Shown here in pieces: positions 52,934 to 62,661 of a DNA stretch of 64,000 nucleotides. A program made the position numbers and the translations under genes. This DNA comes from Candidatus Latescibacterota bacterium (GTDB taxonomy: Bacteria > Latescibacterota > UBA2968 > UBA8231): positions 4,192,001-4,256,000 of the forward strand of contig OZ220089.1 in NCBI GenBank assembly GCA_964291625.2, given 5' to 3'. The notes under the pieces are model-generated. The model worked only from the letters and a program-made list of their open reading frames with translations. It did not search any database and had not been told where the DNA came from. Position 1 is the first letter of the stretch. Each line of letters opens with the position of its first letter.

Positions 52934-54727
52934 ATGACCGAAGAGACCGCCGCGCCCGTGTACGGGCAGGCCAGCATCGAGGAGCTCGACCGGCCGGAGT
53001 ACGACGAGCAGGAGTTCGAGCAGCTCGCGCAGATGTACGACGACAGCTTCTCCGGCATCAAGGAAGGCGAGATCGTCAAGGGAAAGGTGGTGAACGTCAA
53101 CCCCAACGAGGTCCTCGTCGACATCGGGTTCAAGTCCGAGGGGGCGATCCCGATCCGCGAGTTCGGCGACGATCCGTCGGCGATCGACATCGGCCAGGAG
53201 ATCGACGTCTTCCTGGAGAACGTGGAGGATCTCGAAGGGTGCGTGGTGCTGTCCAAGCAGAAGGCCGACTTCATGCGTGTCTGGGACAGCATCAAGGACG
53301 CCCACGAGGGCGGCACGACGGTGCGCGGCCGGCTGATGCGCCGGATCAAGGGCGGCATCGTCGTCGACCTCCTCGGCGTCGAGGCCTTCCTGCCCGGGTC
53401 GCAGATCGACATCCGGCAGGTGAAGAACTTCGACCAGTACCTCGGCAACGACTACGAGTTCAAGATCATCAAGCTCAACAAGGCGCGGCGGAACATCGTC
53501 GTGTCGCGGCGATCCGTCCTCGAGGAGGAACGCGAGAAGATGCGCCAGGAGCTGGTGGCCGAGCTCGAGGACGGCCAGACCCGCGAGGGGGTGGTCAAGA
53601 ACATCACCGACTTCGGCGCCTTCATCGATCTGGGGGGCCTCGACGGCCTGCTGCACATCACCGACATGTCCTGGGGTCGCGTCTCGCACCCGTCGGAGAT
53701 GGTCTCCATCGGCGACCGCATCCGCGTCAAGGTCCTCAACTACGACCGCGAGCGGGAGCGCATCTCCCTGGGCCTCAAGCAGCTCACGCCCCATCCCTGG
53801 GACGACATCGGCGACCGGTTCCCGGAGGGCACCACCACCAAGGGCAAGGTGGTGAGCATCACCGACTACGGCGCCTTCGTCGAGCTCGAGGAGGGCATCG
53901 AGGGACTGGTGCACATCTCCGAGATGTCCTGGACCCAGCACGTGCGCCATCCCTCCAAGCTGGTCTCCATCGGCGACCAGGTGGAGGTGATGGTCCTCAA
54001 GCTCGACGTGGAGAACCAGAAGATCTCCCTGGGGATGAAGCAGACCGACCCCGATCCCTGGGAAACCCTCGACAACCGCTATCCGGGCGGCACCCGCCTG
54101 GAGGGCACGGTGAAGAGCCTGACCAACTTCGGCGCCTTCGTCGAGATCGAGGAGGGCATCGACGGCCTCGTGCACATCTCGGACATGTCCTGGACGCGCC
54201 GCATCCGCCAGGCCAGCGAGATGTTCAAGAAGGGGGACGTCATCCCCGTGGTGGTCACGGATATCGACAAGAAGCGGCGCCGCATCTCCCTGAGCCACAA
54301 GACCGCCTTCGAGAACCCGTGGCCGGAGCTGGTCAGGATCTACGCCGTCGGCACCGAGTCGAAGGGCACGGTGTCGCGCATGCTCGAGCGCGGTATCGTG
54401 GTCGGCCTCGAGAACGACGTGGACGGCTTCGTGCCCCTGTCGCAGCTCGCCATCGACGGGCTGCAGACTCCCCGGCAGAGTTTCGAGGTCGGCCAGGAGC
54501 TGCCGCTGAGGGTGATCGAGTTCGACGAGGAGCAGAAGAAGATCGTCCTCAGCGTCCTCGAGTACCTGCGCGACAAGGACCAGAGCGAGGTCGACGCGTA
54601 CGCCGCCGCCCACCCGGTGCGGGAGGTCGAGGAGGCCGAGGAGCCCGAGGATCAGGACGAGGAGATGGAGAGCTGGGGCGACGCCGACTCCGGCGCCGAC
54701 TCGGAGAAGGAGGAGGAGACGGCCTGA
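52934..54727 (+). CDS. rpsA: 30S ribosomal protein S1
   Basis: Six S1 domains (DIGFKSEG, AFLPGSQID, DFGAFIDLGGLDGLLHITDMSW, EGLVHISEMSW). Confidence 0.97.
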   Translation: MTEETAAPVYGQASIEELDRPEYDEQEFEQLAQMYDDSFSGIKEGEIVKGKVVNVNPNEVLVDIGFKSEGAIPIREFGDDPSAIDIGQEIDVFLENVEDLEGCVVLSKQKADFMRVWDSIKDAHEGGTTVRGRLMRRIKGGIVVDLLGVEAFLPGSQIDIRQVKNFDQYLGNDYEFKIIKLNKARRNIVVSRRSVLEEEREKMRQELVAELEDGQTREGVVKNITDFGAFIDLGGLDGLLHITDMSWGRVSHPSEMVSIGDRIRVKVLNYDRERERISLGLKQLTPHPWDDIGDRFPEGTTTKGKVVSITDYGAFVELEEGIEGLVHISEMSWTQHVRHPSKLVSIGDQVEVMVLKLDVENQKISLGMKQTDPDPWETLDNRYPGGTRLEGTVKSLTNFGAFVEIEEGIDGLVHISDMSWTRRIRQASEMFKKGDVIPVVVTDIDKKRRRISLSHKTAFENPWPELVRIYAVGTESKGTVSRMLERGIVVGLENDVDGFVPLSQLAIDGLQTPRQSFEVGQELPLRVIEFDEEQKKIVLSVLEYLRDKDQSEVDAYAAAHPVREVEEAEEPEDQDEEMESWGDADSGADSEKEEETA

Positions 54728-54750
54728 GCCGCCGGTCAGCAGCATCGCTG

Positions 54751-54787
54751 GAGCGCGGCCGGCGCAGGGGTCCGGCCGCGCTCTTTT
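54751..54787 (+). terminator. Intrinsic terminator of rpsA
   Basis: GAGCGCGGCCGG-9 nt-CCGGCCGCGCTC-TTTT. Confidence 0.8.
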
Positions 54788-54818
54788 CGTGTTCCGGGGG
54801 GTCGTTATCTTAGCGCTC

Positions 54819-57449
54819 ATGGCCGAGTCCAAGCTGTCGCCGGCGATGGAGCAGTACATGCGCTTCAAGCGCGAGCACGACGACGCCATCCTGTTCTTCC
54901 GCATGGGCGACTTCTACGAGATGTTCTTCGAGGACGCCCGCGAGGCGGCCCGTCTCCTCGGCCTGACCCTGACCTCGCGCAACCACGGCAAGACCTCCGG
55001 CGACGTGCCCCTGGCCGGTGTCCCCCACCACGCGATGGAGGGGTACGTGGCCCGCCTCATCGGCATGGGGCGCAAGGTGGCGATCTGCGAGCAGGTGGAG
55101 GACCCGAAGAAGGCCAGGGGCCTGGTCAAGCGCGACGTGGTGGAGATCGTCTCCCCCGGGACGGCCCTGTCCGACAGCATGCTCGACGGCCAGCGCAACA
55201 ACTACATCGCCAGCCTCTGCGTCCGGGGCCCGGCGGCGGGCATCGCCTGGGTCGACCTGTCCACGGGCGACTTCGCCGTAGAGGAGGTGGCCTCCTCCGA
55301 CCTGGACGACGAGGTCGAACGGTCGGCACCGGCAGAGCTGGTCGTGGGCGAGGACTTCGACGGGCAGCGCCTCGAGAGCCTGACGGCGGCCCTGCCCGGC
55401 GCCGCCGTCACCCGCATCGAGGACTGGCGCTTCGAGTATCACACCGCCCGCGAGGCCCTGCTGGATCAGCTCGGGGTCCGCTCCTTGAAGGGGTACGACT
55501 GCGAGGACCTCGATCTCGGTGTGCGCGCCGCGGGCGCCGCCGTCGCCTACCTGCGCGAGAACCAGCGTTCCACCGTGGCCCACGTGCAGCGGCTGCGCCG
55601 CCGCCGCCGGGAGAGCTGCCTGCTCCTCGACGCCACGGCCCAGCGAAACCTCGAGCTGGTGGCCAACCAGCAGGACGGAGGCCGCGAGGGGTCCCTGCTG
55701 AACGTCATCGACCGCACGTGCACCCCCATGGGGGCCCGCCTGCTGCGGCAGTGGCTGCTTTCGCCCCTGCGCGACCCCGCCGGGATCGGCCGGCGCCACG
55801 ACGCCGTGGAGGCCCTGGCCGCCGCGCGCCCGGAGCGCGCCCGCCTCCGGGAGCAGCTGGAGCGCGTCGGCGACGTGGAGCGCATGATGGCCCGCCTCTG
55901 CTGCCGGCGGGGCACGCCCCGCGACCTCTCCGGCCTGGCCGCCTCCCTCGAGGCCCTTCCGGACATCGCCGCCGTGGCCGCGGCCTTCCACGCCGACCTG
56001 CTGCGGCGCCTGTGCGGCCCCGATCTGCCCGACCTGGGGCCTCTCGTCGCCCTGGTGCGCAAGGGCCTGGTGGACGACCCGCCCGCCGTGGTCGGCGACG
56101 GCGGGGTCATCCGCGAGGGCTACGACGCCGGCCTCGACGAGCTGCGGCTCGTTTCCTCCGGGGGGCGCGAGTGGATCGCCCGGCTGCAGGCGGAGGAGCG
56201 CCGGCGCACGGGGATCAACAGCCTCAAGATCGGCTTCAACCAGGTCTTCGGGTACTACATCGAGGTGAGCAAGGCGAATCTCGAGCGGGTGCCGGAGGAC
56301 TACACGCGCAAGCAGACCCTGGCCAACGCCGAGCGCTTCGTCACCCCGGAGCTGAAGGAGCAGGAGGCCAGGGTCCTCCAGGCCGAGGAGCGCATCGGCG
56401 CCCTCGAGGCGGAGCTCTTCGCCGATCTGCGCGACCGCGCGGCGCGCCACTCCGCCGAGGTTCAGCAAGCCGGCGCCGCGGTGGCCGCCGTCGACGTCCT
56501 CGTCGGGCTGGCCGAGGCGGCGGTGGCCGGGGACTACGTGCGCCCTGCCGTCGACGACGGCCCGGTCATCGAGATCGAGGGCGGACGCCACGCCGTCGTC
56601 GAGGGCCGGCTGCCGCAGGGCCGCTTCGTGCCCAACGACGTGAACCTGGACTGCGACGGCGACCAGGTCCTGTTGGTGACGGGACCGAACATGGCCGGCA
56701 AGTCGACGATCATCCGCCAGGTGGGGCTCATCGTCGTCCTCGCCCAGATGGGCGCCTTCGTCCCCGCCCGCGGCGCCCGCATCGGGGTCGTGGACCGCGT
56801 CTTCACCCGTGTCGGCGCCTCCGACGATCTCGCCCGCGGCGAGAGCACCTTCATGGTCGAGATGAACGAGGCCTCCACGATCCTCAACAACGCCGGTTCC
56901 CGCAGTCTGATCCTGATGGACGAGCTCGGCCGCGGCACCAGCACCTACGACGGCCTCAGCCTCGCCTGGGCGGTCGTCGAGTACCTCCACGACAACGGCC
57001 TGGTGCGCCCGCGAACGCTCTTCGCCACCCACTACCACGAGCTCACCCAGCTGGAGGACCGCCTCGACCGGGTCCGCAACGTCAACGTCCGGGTGCGCGA
57101 GGAGGGCGACCGCGTCCTCTTCCTGCACCGCCTGGCCCCCGGCCCCTGCGACCGCAGCTACGGCATCCACGTGGCCCGCATGGCGGGCATGCCCGGCGCC
57201 GTCCTGCGGCGCGCCGAGGAGATCCTCGCGGGCCTCGAGGCGGGGGACGGCGCCTCCGCCGGGAGCGGGGGGCGGGCCGTCGACCCCTCGCAGATGGACC
57301 TCTTCGGCCAGGGCTCGCCGCCGGAGGCCTCCCGCCTGCTGCGGGAGCTGCGCGACCTCGACCTGGACCGTACCACCCCGATGGAGGCCCTGGAGCTGCT
57401 GAGCCGGTGGCGGCGGCAGGCGGACTCCGATTCCGGGGAGCCGGCCTGA
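54819..57449 (+). CDS. mutS: DNA mismatch repair protein MutS
   Basis: RMGDFYEMF, TGPNMAGKST, STFMVEM, DELGRGTST, FATHYHEL. Confidence 0.97.
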   Translation: MAESKLSPAMEQYMRFKREHDDAILFFRMGDFYEMFFEDAREAARLLGLTLTSRNHGKTSGDVPLAGVPHHAMEGYVARLIGMGRKVAICEQVEDPKKARGLVKRDVVEIVSPGTALSDSMLDGQRNNYIASLCVRGPAAGIAWVDLSTGDFAVEEVASSDLDDEVERSAPAELVVGEDFDGQRLESLTAALPGAAVTRIEDWRFEYHTAREALLDQLGVRSLKGYDCEDLDLGVRAAGAAVAYLRENQRSTVAHVQRLRRRRRESCLLLDATAQRNLELVANQQDGGREGSLLNVIDRTCTPMGARLLRQWLLSPLRDPAGIGRRHDAVEALAAARPERARLREQLERVGDVERMMARLCCRRGTPRDLSGLAASLEALPDIAAVAAAFHADLLRRLCGPDLPDLGPLVALVRKGLVDDPPAVVGDGGVIREGYDAGLDELRLVSSGGREWIARLQAEERRRTGINSLKIGFNQVFGYYIEVSKANLERVPEDYTRKQTLANAERFVTPELKEQEARVLQAEERIGALEAELFADLRDRAARHSAEVQQAGAAVAAVDVLVGLAEAAVAGDYVRPAVDDGPVIEIEGGRHAVVEGRLPQGRFVPNDVNLDCDGDQVLLVTGPNMAGKSTIIRQVGLIVVLAQMGAFVPARGARIGVVDRVFTRVGASDDLARGESTFMVEMNEASTILNNAGSRSLILMDELGRGTSTYDGLSLAWAVVEYLHDNGLVRPRTLFATHYHELTQLEDRLDRVRNVNVRVREEGDRVLFLHRLAPGPCDRSYGIHVARMAGMPGAVLRRAEEILAGLEAGDGASAGSGGRAVDPSQMDLFGQGSPPEASRLLRELRDLDLDRTTPMEALELLSRWRRQADSDSGEPA

Positions 57450-57480
57450 CCGTGCTCGCCGCCGCCGGCCCGCCGACGCC

Positions 57481-58233
57481 TTGAGCCGTCCCGGCGGCGA
57501 CGACGTCCTCTTCGGCCGGCGGCCCGTCCTCGCGGCGTTGCAGTCGGAGCGGCCGGTCCACCGCCTCCTCCTGGTGCGCGGAGGCCGCGGCGACGTGGTC
57601 GACGAGATCCGGGCCCGGGCCCGCCGGCTCGGCGTGGCGGTGGACGTGCGCGACCGCCCGGCTCTGGACCGGGCCGCCGGGGGCGGCAACCACCAGGGCG
57701 TGGTGGCCCTGCTGGCGGCCCGCTCCTACGCCGACTTCGAGCAGGTCCTGTCCGGGGCCCGGGAGGCCGGCTTCCTGGTCTTCCTCGACGGCATTCAGGA
57801 CCCGCACAACCTCGGCGCCATCCTGCGCACCGCCCACGCCCTGGGGGCCGACGCCGCCGTCATCCCCCGACGCGGCGGCGCCGGGCTGACCTCGACTGCA
57901 GCCAAGGCCGCCGCCGGGGCTGCCGAGCAGCTCCCCCTCTGCCGGGTGGCCAACCTCCGCCAGGGCCTCACCCGGGCCCGCGGGGCCGGACTGTGGGTCA
58001 CCGGCCTCGACTCCGCCGCCGACCGGTCCTTCGAATCCCTCGACTTCACCGGCCCCGGAGCCCTCGTCGTCGGCGCCGAGGGGCGCGGCCTGCGGCCCCT
58101 GGTCCGCCAGAGCTGCGACTTCGTCGCCCGCATCCCCATGGGCCGGGAGCAGGCCGGCTCGATGAACGCCTCCGTCGCCGCCGGCATCGCCCTCTACGAG
58201 GTCTTCCGCCAGCGCCGCGGCGCCCGACCTTGA
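57481..58233 (+). CDS. rlmB: 23S rRNA (Gm2251) methyltransferase, SpoU family
   Basis: NHQGVVA, LDGIQDPHNLGAILRT, GAEGRG, SMNASVAAGI. Confidence 0.92.
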   Translation: MSRPGGDDVLFGRRPVLAALQSERPVHRLLLVRGGRGDVVDEIRARARRLGVAVDVRDRPALDRAAGGGNHQGVVALLAARSYADFEQVLSGAREAGFLVFLDGIQDPHNLGAILRTAHALGADAAVIPRRGGAGLTSTAAKAAAGAAEQLPLCRVANLRQGLTRARGAGLWVTGLDSAADRSFESLDFTGPGALVVGAEGRGLRPLVRQSCDFVARIPMGREQAGSMNASVAAGIALYEVFRQRRGARP

Positions 58234-60632
58234 GCTCGCGCGGCCGACTCCTCAACCCGGTGATGGCCCTCTTCGCCGCCGGGGCCGCCGCCGCCGGGGA
58301 GCCCGACGAGGAGCTGGACCGCCTCCGGGAGCTGCTGCGGGCGGCGCCGGACAGCGGCTTCGCATACCGGGCCGACCGCTACGTCGACTACGCCGAGCCG
58401 GACTCGATCCTCCTCGACGGCAACGCCGTGGTCGAGCATCGCGGCGCCCGGCTGGAGTCGGCGCGGATGGTCTACCTGAGAGACCGCCGCATCGTCGTCG
58501 CCCGGGCCGGCGTGGACAGCAGCGGCCGGCCCTTCGGGGTCCCCACCCTGACCCGGGGGGAGGACGTGCTGAAGGGGGAGTCCATCGTCTACGACATCGA
58601 GTCGGGGGAGGGCCTGATCCGCCGGGGCCGCATCGGTCACGGCGACGGGTTCTACGCCGGCCGGCGCATCCGCACCCGCAACGAGGAGGAGTTCCACGTG
58701 GGCTCGGGGTCGTACACGACCTGCGACGAGGAGGTGCCCCACTTCGACTTCTACAGCCCCCGGATCAAGGTCCTGGTGGGGGACATGGCCATCGCCCGGC
58801 CCGTGTACTTCCGCGTCGCCGAGCGGCGGCTGTTCTGGATCCCCTTCTACGTGTTCTCCCTGCGCGAGGACCGCCAGTCGGGGATGCTCACCCCGGGCTT
58901 CGGACGGCGGCCGGTCTCGTACGGCAGCTCCCTCACCGAGTGGGAGGTGCGGGACCTGGGATATTACCTCGCCCCCAGCGACTACTGGGACCTGACGCTG
59001 GCCGCCGACCTGCGCCAGCGCTCGGGGTGGCTCGCCCGGGGCGCCCTGGCCTACGCCTGGCGCTACCACTTCGACGGCGGGCTGCAGACCCGCCTGCAGA
59101 GCTTCCAGTCCGGGGACCGCACCAGCTGGTCCTGGTGGCTGTCGGGCAACCACCGCCAGGACCTCGGCCCGGGGTCGAGTCTGCGCGCCACGGGAACCTT
59201 CGTGAGCGACCGGGACTTCCTGCGCAACAACGCCACCCGCCTCGGCGACCGCCTGCAGCGGACCCTGCGCTCCAATCTCCGCTACGTAAAGAGCTGGCGG
59301 CAGGCGGGGTGGTCCCTGAGCGCCGGAGCCAGCCGGACGAAGTACCTGGACTCGGGAAGGTCCGACGACGTGCTGCCCGAGATCAGCCTGCGATCGAACC
59401 GCAGGGCCCTCTTCCCGTCGACGGGGACCGACCGGCGGGGCTGGGGCTCGCGCGTCTTCTACGACGTCAGCCTGCGCCTGCGCCGCACCCGTCAGCACCT
59501 GGCCGGGTCGCGGAGCGAACGCACCCGCGGCGAGGCCAGCCTGGGCCTGTCCTCGCAGCAGCGGCCGCTGAGCTGGCTCAATCTCAATGGCGCGGTGAGC
59601 AGCCGCTGGCTCGACCCGGATCTGCGCGCCGGCGACACCGAGGGCGTGCGCAGCGATCGGCTGCGAGCTGCGGCGACCCTGTCACAGACCCTCTACGGAC
59701 TGTTCCATCCGGCCCTGGGACCGGTGACGGCGCTGCGCCACGTGCTCAAGCCCGACGCCGGACTCTCCTTCAGCGCCACCCGCGCCGACAGCGGCGGCAT
59801 CGGCTTCCGTGGGCGCGCCGGCGACTGGCGCACCAGCCGCCGGCTGAACTTCCGGCTCTACAACACGTTCTGGGTGAAGCTGCTCCAGGGGGAGGAGGAG
59901 CTGAAGCACCGATTGGCGCAGCTGAACCTGTCCACTTCGTACGACTTCGACAGCCGGAGCGAGCCCCTCTCGGACCTGGTTACCCGCCTCACCCTGGACG
60001 CGGGCCGGCGCCTGAGGACGAGACTGAGCCTGCGCTCGGAGTTCTACGACGACGAGAAGAGGCTGATCCCGCCCCGGGTGGGCCGGTTCGTGGTCGACAC
60101 CACTCTGCGCCTGGCCTCCAGCCCCGGGGGCCCGGGAGGCGGCCTGGAGGAGGAGCGGGGGGGAGCCTACGGTCCCTCCAGCCGCGGGTCCAGCTACGGA
60201 GAGGACTCCTACGGCGCCTACCGCGCCGGCGGCGGGTTCGGCTACGACAGCGGCCTGCAGCAGGACATCCGCCGAGGGCCGGGCCGGCGGCTGCAGGTGG
60301 GCCACTACTACTCGCGCCAGCGCCGGGCGGGGGGCGCGGACTCCGAGAGCTCCCGGCTGCAGGCTTCCGTCGGGGGCCGCCTTCCCGGCGGCTGGCACCT
60401 CGACTATTCCGTGTACTACAATCTCAAGGAGCCGGGAGTCGCCTTCCTCGACGCCGGACGGGTCTCCGCCGAGCTTCTGTCCCTGCAACGCTCCTTCCAC
60501 GACTGGACCGCGACCCTGAATATCGAGCCGAGCCGCTTCGCCAGGGACCGCGCCTTCTACTTCAAGGCGCAGCTCAAGGACATCCCCCAGATCCGCTTCG
60601 AGCGCGGCGACCGCCGACGCCGGAGGCTCTGA
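58230..60632 (+). CDS. lptD: LPS assembly outer-membrane protein LptD
   Basis: OstA-like N-terminus, GSYTTCDEEVPHF, RQSGMLTP, GYYLAPSDYWD, beta-barrel pattern; start 58230 (TTG) or 58263 (ATG). Confidence 0.85.
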   Translation: MSSRGRLLNPVMALFAAGAAAAGEPDEELDRLRELLRAAPDSGFAYRADRYVDYAEPDSILLDGNAVVEHRGARLESARMVYLRDRRIVVARAGVDSSGRPFGVPTLTRGEDVLKGESIVYDIESGEGLIRRGRIGHGDGFYAGRRIRTRNEEEFHVGSGSYTTCDEEVPHFDFYSPRIKVLVGDMAIARPVYFRVAERRLFWIPFYVFSLREDRQSGMLTPGFGRRPVSYGSSLTEWEVRDLGYYLAPSDYWDLTLAADLRQRSGWLARGALAYAWRYHFDGGLQTRLQSFQSGDRTSWSWWLSGNHRQDLGPGSSLRATGTFVSDRDFLRNNATRLGDRLQRTLRSNLRYVKSWRQAGWSLSAGASRTKYLDSGRSDDVLPEISLRSNRRALFPSTGTDRRGWGSRVFYDVSLRLRRTRQHLAGSRSERTRGEASLGLSSQQRPLSWLNLNGAVSSRWLDPDLRAGDTEGVRSDRLRAAATLSQTLYGLFHPALGPVTALRHVLKPDAGLSFSATRADSGGIGFRGRAGDWRTSRRLNFRLYNTFWVKLLQGEEELKHRLAQLNLSTSYDFDSRSEPLSDLVTRLTLDAGRRLRTRLSLRSEFYDDEKRLIPPRVGRFVVDTTLRLASSPGGPGGGLEEERGGAYGPSSRGSSYGEDSYGAYRAGGGFGYDSGLQQDIRRGPGRRLQVGHYYSRQRRAGGADSESSRLQASVGGRLPGGWHLDYSVYYNLKEPGVAFLDAGRVSAELLSLQRSFHDWTATLNIEPSRFARDRAFYFKAQLKDIPQIRFERGDRRRRRL

Positions 60633-60633
60633 G

Positions 60634-61092
60634 GTGCGGGTCCTCCTGCAGCGTGTGCGCTACGGGCGCGTCGCCGTCGACGGCGAGACTTGCGGGCGCA
60701 TCGGCCCGGGCCTGGTGGCCCTCGTCGGCATCCACCGGGACGACGGCGCCGAGGAGGTCCGCTTCTGCGCCGACAAGTGCGCCGGCCTGCGCATTTTCGC
60801 CGACGACGGGGGGCGCTTCAACCGCTCCGTCCTGGAGGCGGAAGGAGCGATACTGGCCGTCTCCCAGTTCACGCTCCATGCCGACTGCCGGCGGGGCCGG
60901 CGTCCGAGTTTCTCCGAAGCCGCCCCCCCGGCGGTGGCGGCGGGGCTCTTCGAGGCCTTCGTGGAGCGTCTGCGGGCGGAACACGGGCTGCACGTGGAGT
61001 GCGGGCGTTTCGGCGCCCACATGGACGTCGAGCTGGCCAACGACGGGCCCGTCACCGTCCTCGTCGAGAGTCCGCGCCGGGAGGAGGGCTGA
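60634..61092 (+). CDS. dtd: D-aminoacyl-tRNA deacylase
   Basis: MRVLLQRV, VSQFTL, GRRPSF, FGAHMDVELANDGPVT. Confidence 0.96.
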   Translation: MRVLLQRVRYGRVAVDGETCGRIGPGLVALVGIHRDDGAEEVRFCADKCAGLRIFADDGGRFNRSVLEAEGAILAVSQFTLHADCRRGRRPSFSEAAPPAVAAGLFEAFVERLRAEHGLHVECGRFGAHMDVELANDGPVTVLVESPRREEG

Positions 61093-61093
61093 G

Positions 61094-61729
61094 CTGCCGG
61101 CCAATCCTGCCCTGGTGCTGGCTTCGGCCTCGCCGAGGCGCGCCGACCTGCTCCGGCAGCTGCGCATGCCCTTCGAGCAGGTGGTGAGCCCCGTCGAGGA
61201 GCCCGAGCCCGACGGCGGCGACCCGAAGGCGTTCGTGATCCGGTCGGCCACCGCCAAGGCCCGGGCGGTGGCCGCTCTCCTCGCCCCGGACAGGGGGACG
61301 CCCGGCGATCGCGGGGGCTCGACCCTCGTCATCGGGGCGGACACCGTGGTCTGCTGCGACGACAGGGTCCTGGGCAAGCCCGGCAGCCCGGAGGAGGCGG
61401 CGCGCACCCTGCGCTGGCTCGCCGGACGCCAGCACACCGTGTGCACCGGAGTGGCCGTGCTCGGGCCTGGGCCCGACCGGGTCGCCACCGCCTGCGAGAC
61501 CTCCCGGGTGACCCTGTGCGCCATGTCGGAAGCCGCCGTCATCTCGTACGTGGCGACGGGAGAACCCCTCGACAAGGCCGGCAGCTACGCCATTCAGGGT
61601 CTGGGCGCCCGCTTCGTTGAATGTGTGGAAGGGTGTTACTATAATGTGGTAGGTCTGCCCCTGGCCCGGCTCTGCTCTCTCCTCCGGTCGGCGGGGTACG
61701 ACACCGATTCGATCCAGGATTCAGGATGA
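61094..61729 (+). CDS. maf: Maf/YhdE nucleoside triphosphate pyrophosphatase
   Basis: LVLASASPRR, IGADTVV, LGKP, DKAGSYAIQG, NVVGLP; start uncertain (CTG at 61094). Confidence 0.92.
   Translation: MPANPALVLASASPRRADLLRQLRMPFEQVVSPVEEPEPDGGDPKAFVIRSATAKARAVAALLAPDRGTPGDRGGSTLVIGADTVVCCDDRVLGKPGSPEEAARTLRWLAGRQHTVCTGVAVLGPGPDRVATACETSRVTLCAMSEAAVISYVATGEPLDKAGSYAIQGLGARFVECVEGCYYNVVGLPLARLCSLLRSAGYDTDSIQDSG
61617..61645 (+). promoter_or_regulatory. Near-consensus sigma70 promoter inside maf, facing rodZ-priA
   Basis: TTGAAT-17 nt-TATAAT, formed by AT-rich codons atypical for this window. Confidence 0.75.
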
Positions 61730-62661
61730 GCGAGGAACTCAGCCTGTCCGAGGAATTGCGCCGGGCTCGTGAAGGCCGCGGCGAATCCCTCGATCAGGTT
61801 CAGCAACGTACGGGCATCAGCTGGAAGATCCTGCAGGCCCTCGAGGAAGGGGACCTGGAGGCCGTCGAGGCGGTGTACATGCGCATGGGCGTCCTCCGGT
61901 ACGCCTCCTACCTGGGGCTCGACGGTCAGGCCCTGGCGCAGGGCCTCGGGGGGCCGCGGTCAAGAGAGAGGAGGCCGGCGCGGATCCCGCCTCCCTGGGG
62001 GGGGCCCGTGCTGGGCGACGGCCTGATCAAGTGGGCGGCGGGTCTCGCCGTCGTCGGCGTCGGGGCCGTCCTCTACCTGATGACCACCGGCGAGACGGAC
62101 CCCTCGCCCTCTTCGGTGGCGGTGGTCGAGGAGCTTCCCGCCGCGGCCGATCCTTCCTCTTGGGAAGAGCCCGTTGCCGCGGAGCCCCCGGAACCCGTCG
62201 GCTCCGGCGCCGCGCCGCTGGCGGAGCCGGCGGCCGGTGCCCTTGTCGAGGTCCCTGTCGAAGCTCCCCAAGGCGCCGCCGCCACAGGGGCAGCGATCGC
62301 CGCCGACGCGGCGAGCCCCGACCGGATCGTTCTGGAGGGGGAGGCTTTCGACACGGTCTGGGTACAGGTCTCCTGGGACGACCTGGACAGCGCCATGGAG
62401 ACGATCACCGCGGGCGAGCGGCGGACCTGGACGGCGGAGCGCTTCTTCCGGGTTCACGTCGGCCGGCCCGGGAACATCCGCTTCCGCTTCCAGGGCCGGC
62501 TGCTGGGCGAGGGACGCCTCGGCGACCCCGACCAGACGCTGCGGTTCCGCGTCTCCGACGACGGGTATCAGCTCCTCGGCCCCGATTTCGAGCCCATCGC
62601 CCCGCTCACCGGGTTCCAGCCAGAGGAGAGGACGGAGTCGAGCCAGCCGGAGGCCCGCTGA
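61726..62661 (+). CDS. rodZ: RodZ-like protein (HTH, TM segment, DUF4115)
   Basis: LRRAREGRGESL...LQALEEG...YASYLGLD, one TM segment, Pro/Ala linker, TVWVQV...VGRPGNI. Confidence 0.8.
   Translation: MSEELSLSEELRRAREGRGESLDQVQQRTGISWKILQALEEGDLEAVEAVYMRMGVLRYASYLGLDGQALAQGLGGPRSRERRPARIPPPWGGPVLGDGLIKWAAGLAVVGVGAVLYLMTTGETDPSPSSVAVVEELPAAADPSSWEEPVAAEPPEPVGSGAAPLAEPAAGALVEVPVEAPQGAAATGAAIAADAASPDRIVLEGEAFDTVWVQVSWDDLDSAMETITAGERRTWTAERFFRVHVGRPGNIRFRFQGRLLGEGRLGDPDQTLRFRVSDDGYQLLGPDFEPIAPLTGFQPEERTESSQPEAR

Noticed and set aside
58940-61729. 929-aa ORF ending in a Maf domain
   Set aside because: The upstream part is an alternative frame over lptD and dtd; only about the last 211 codons are Maf
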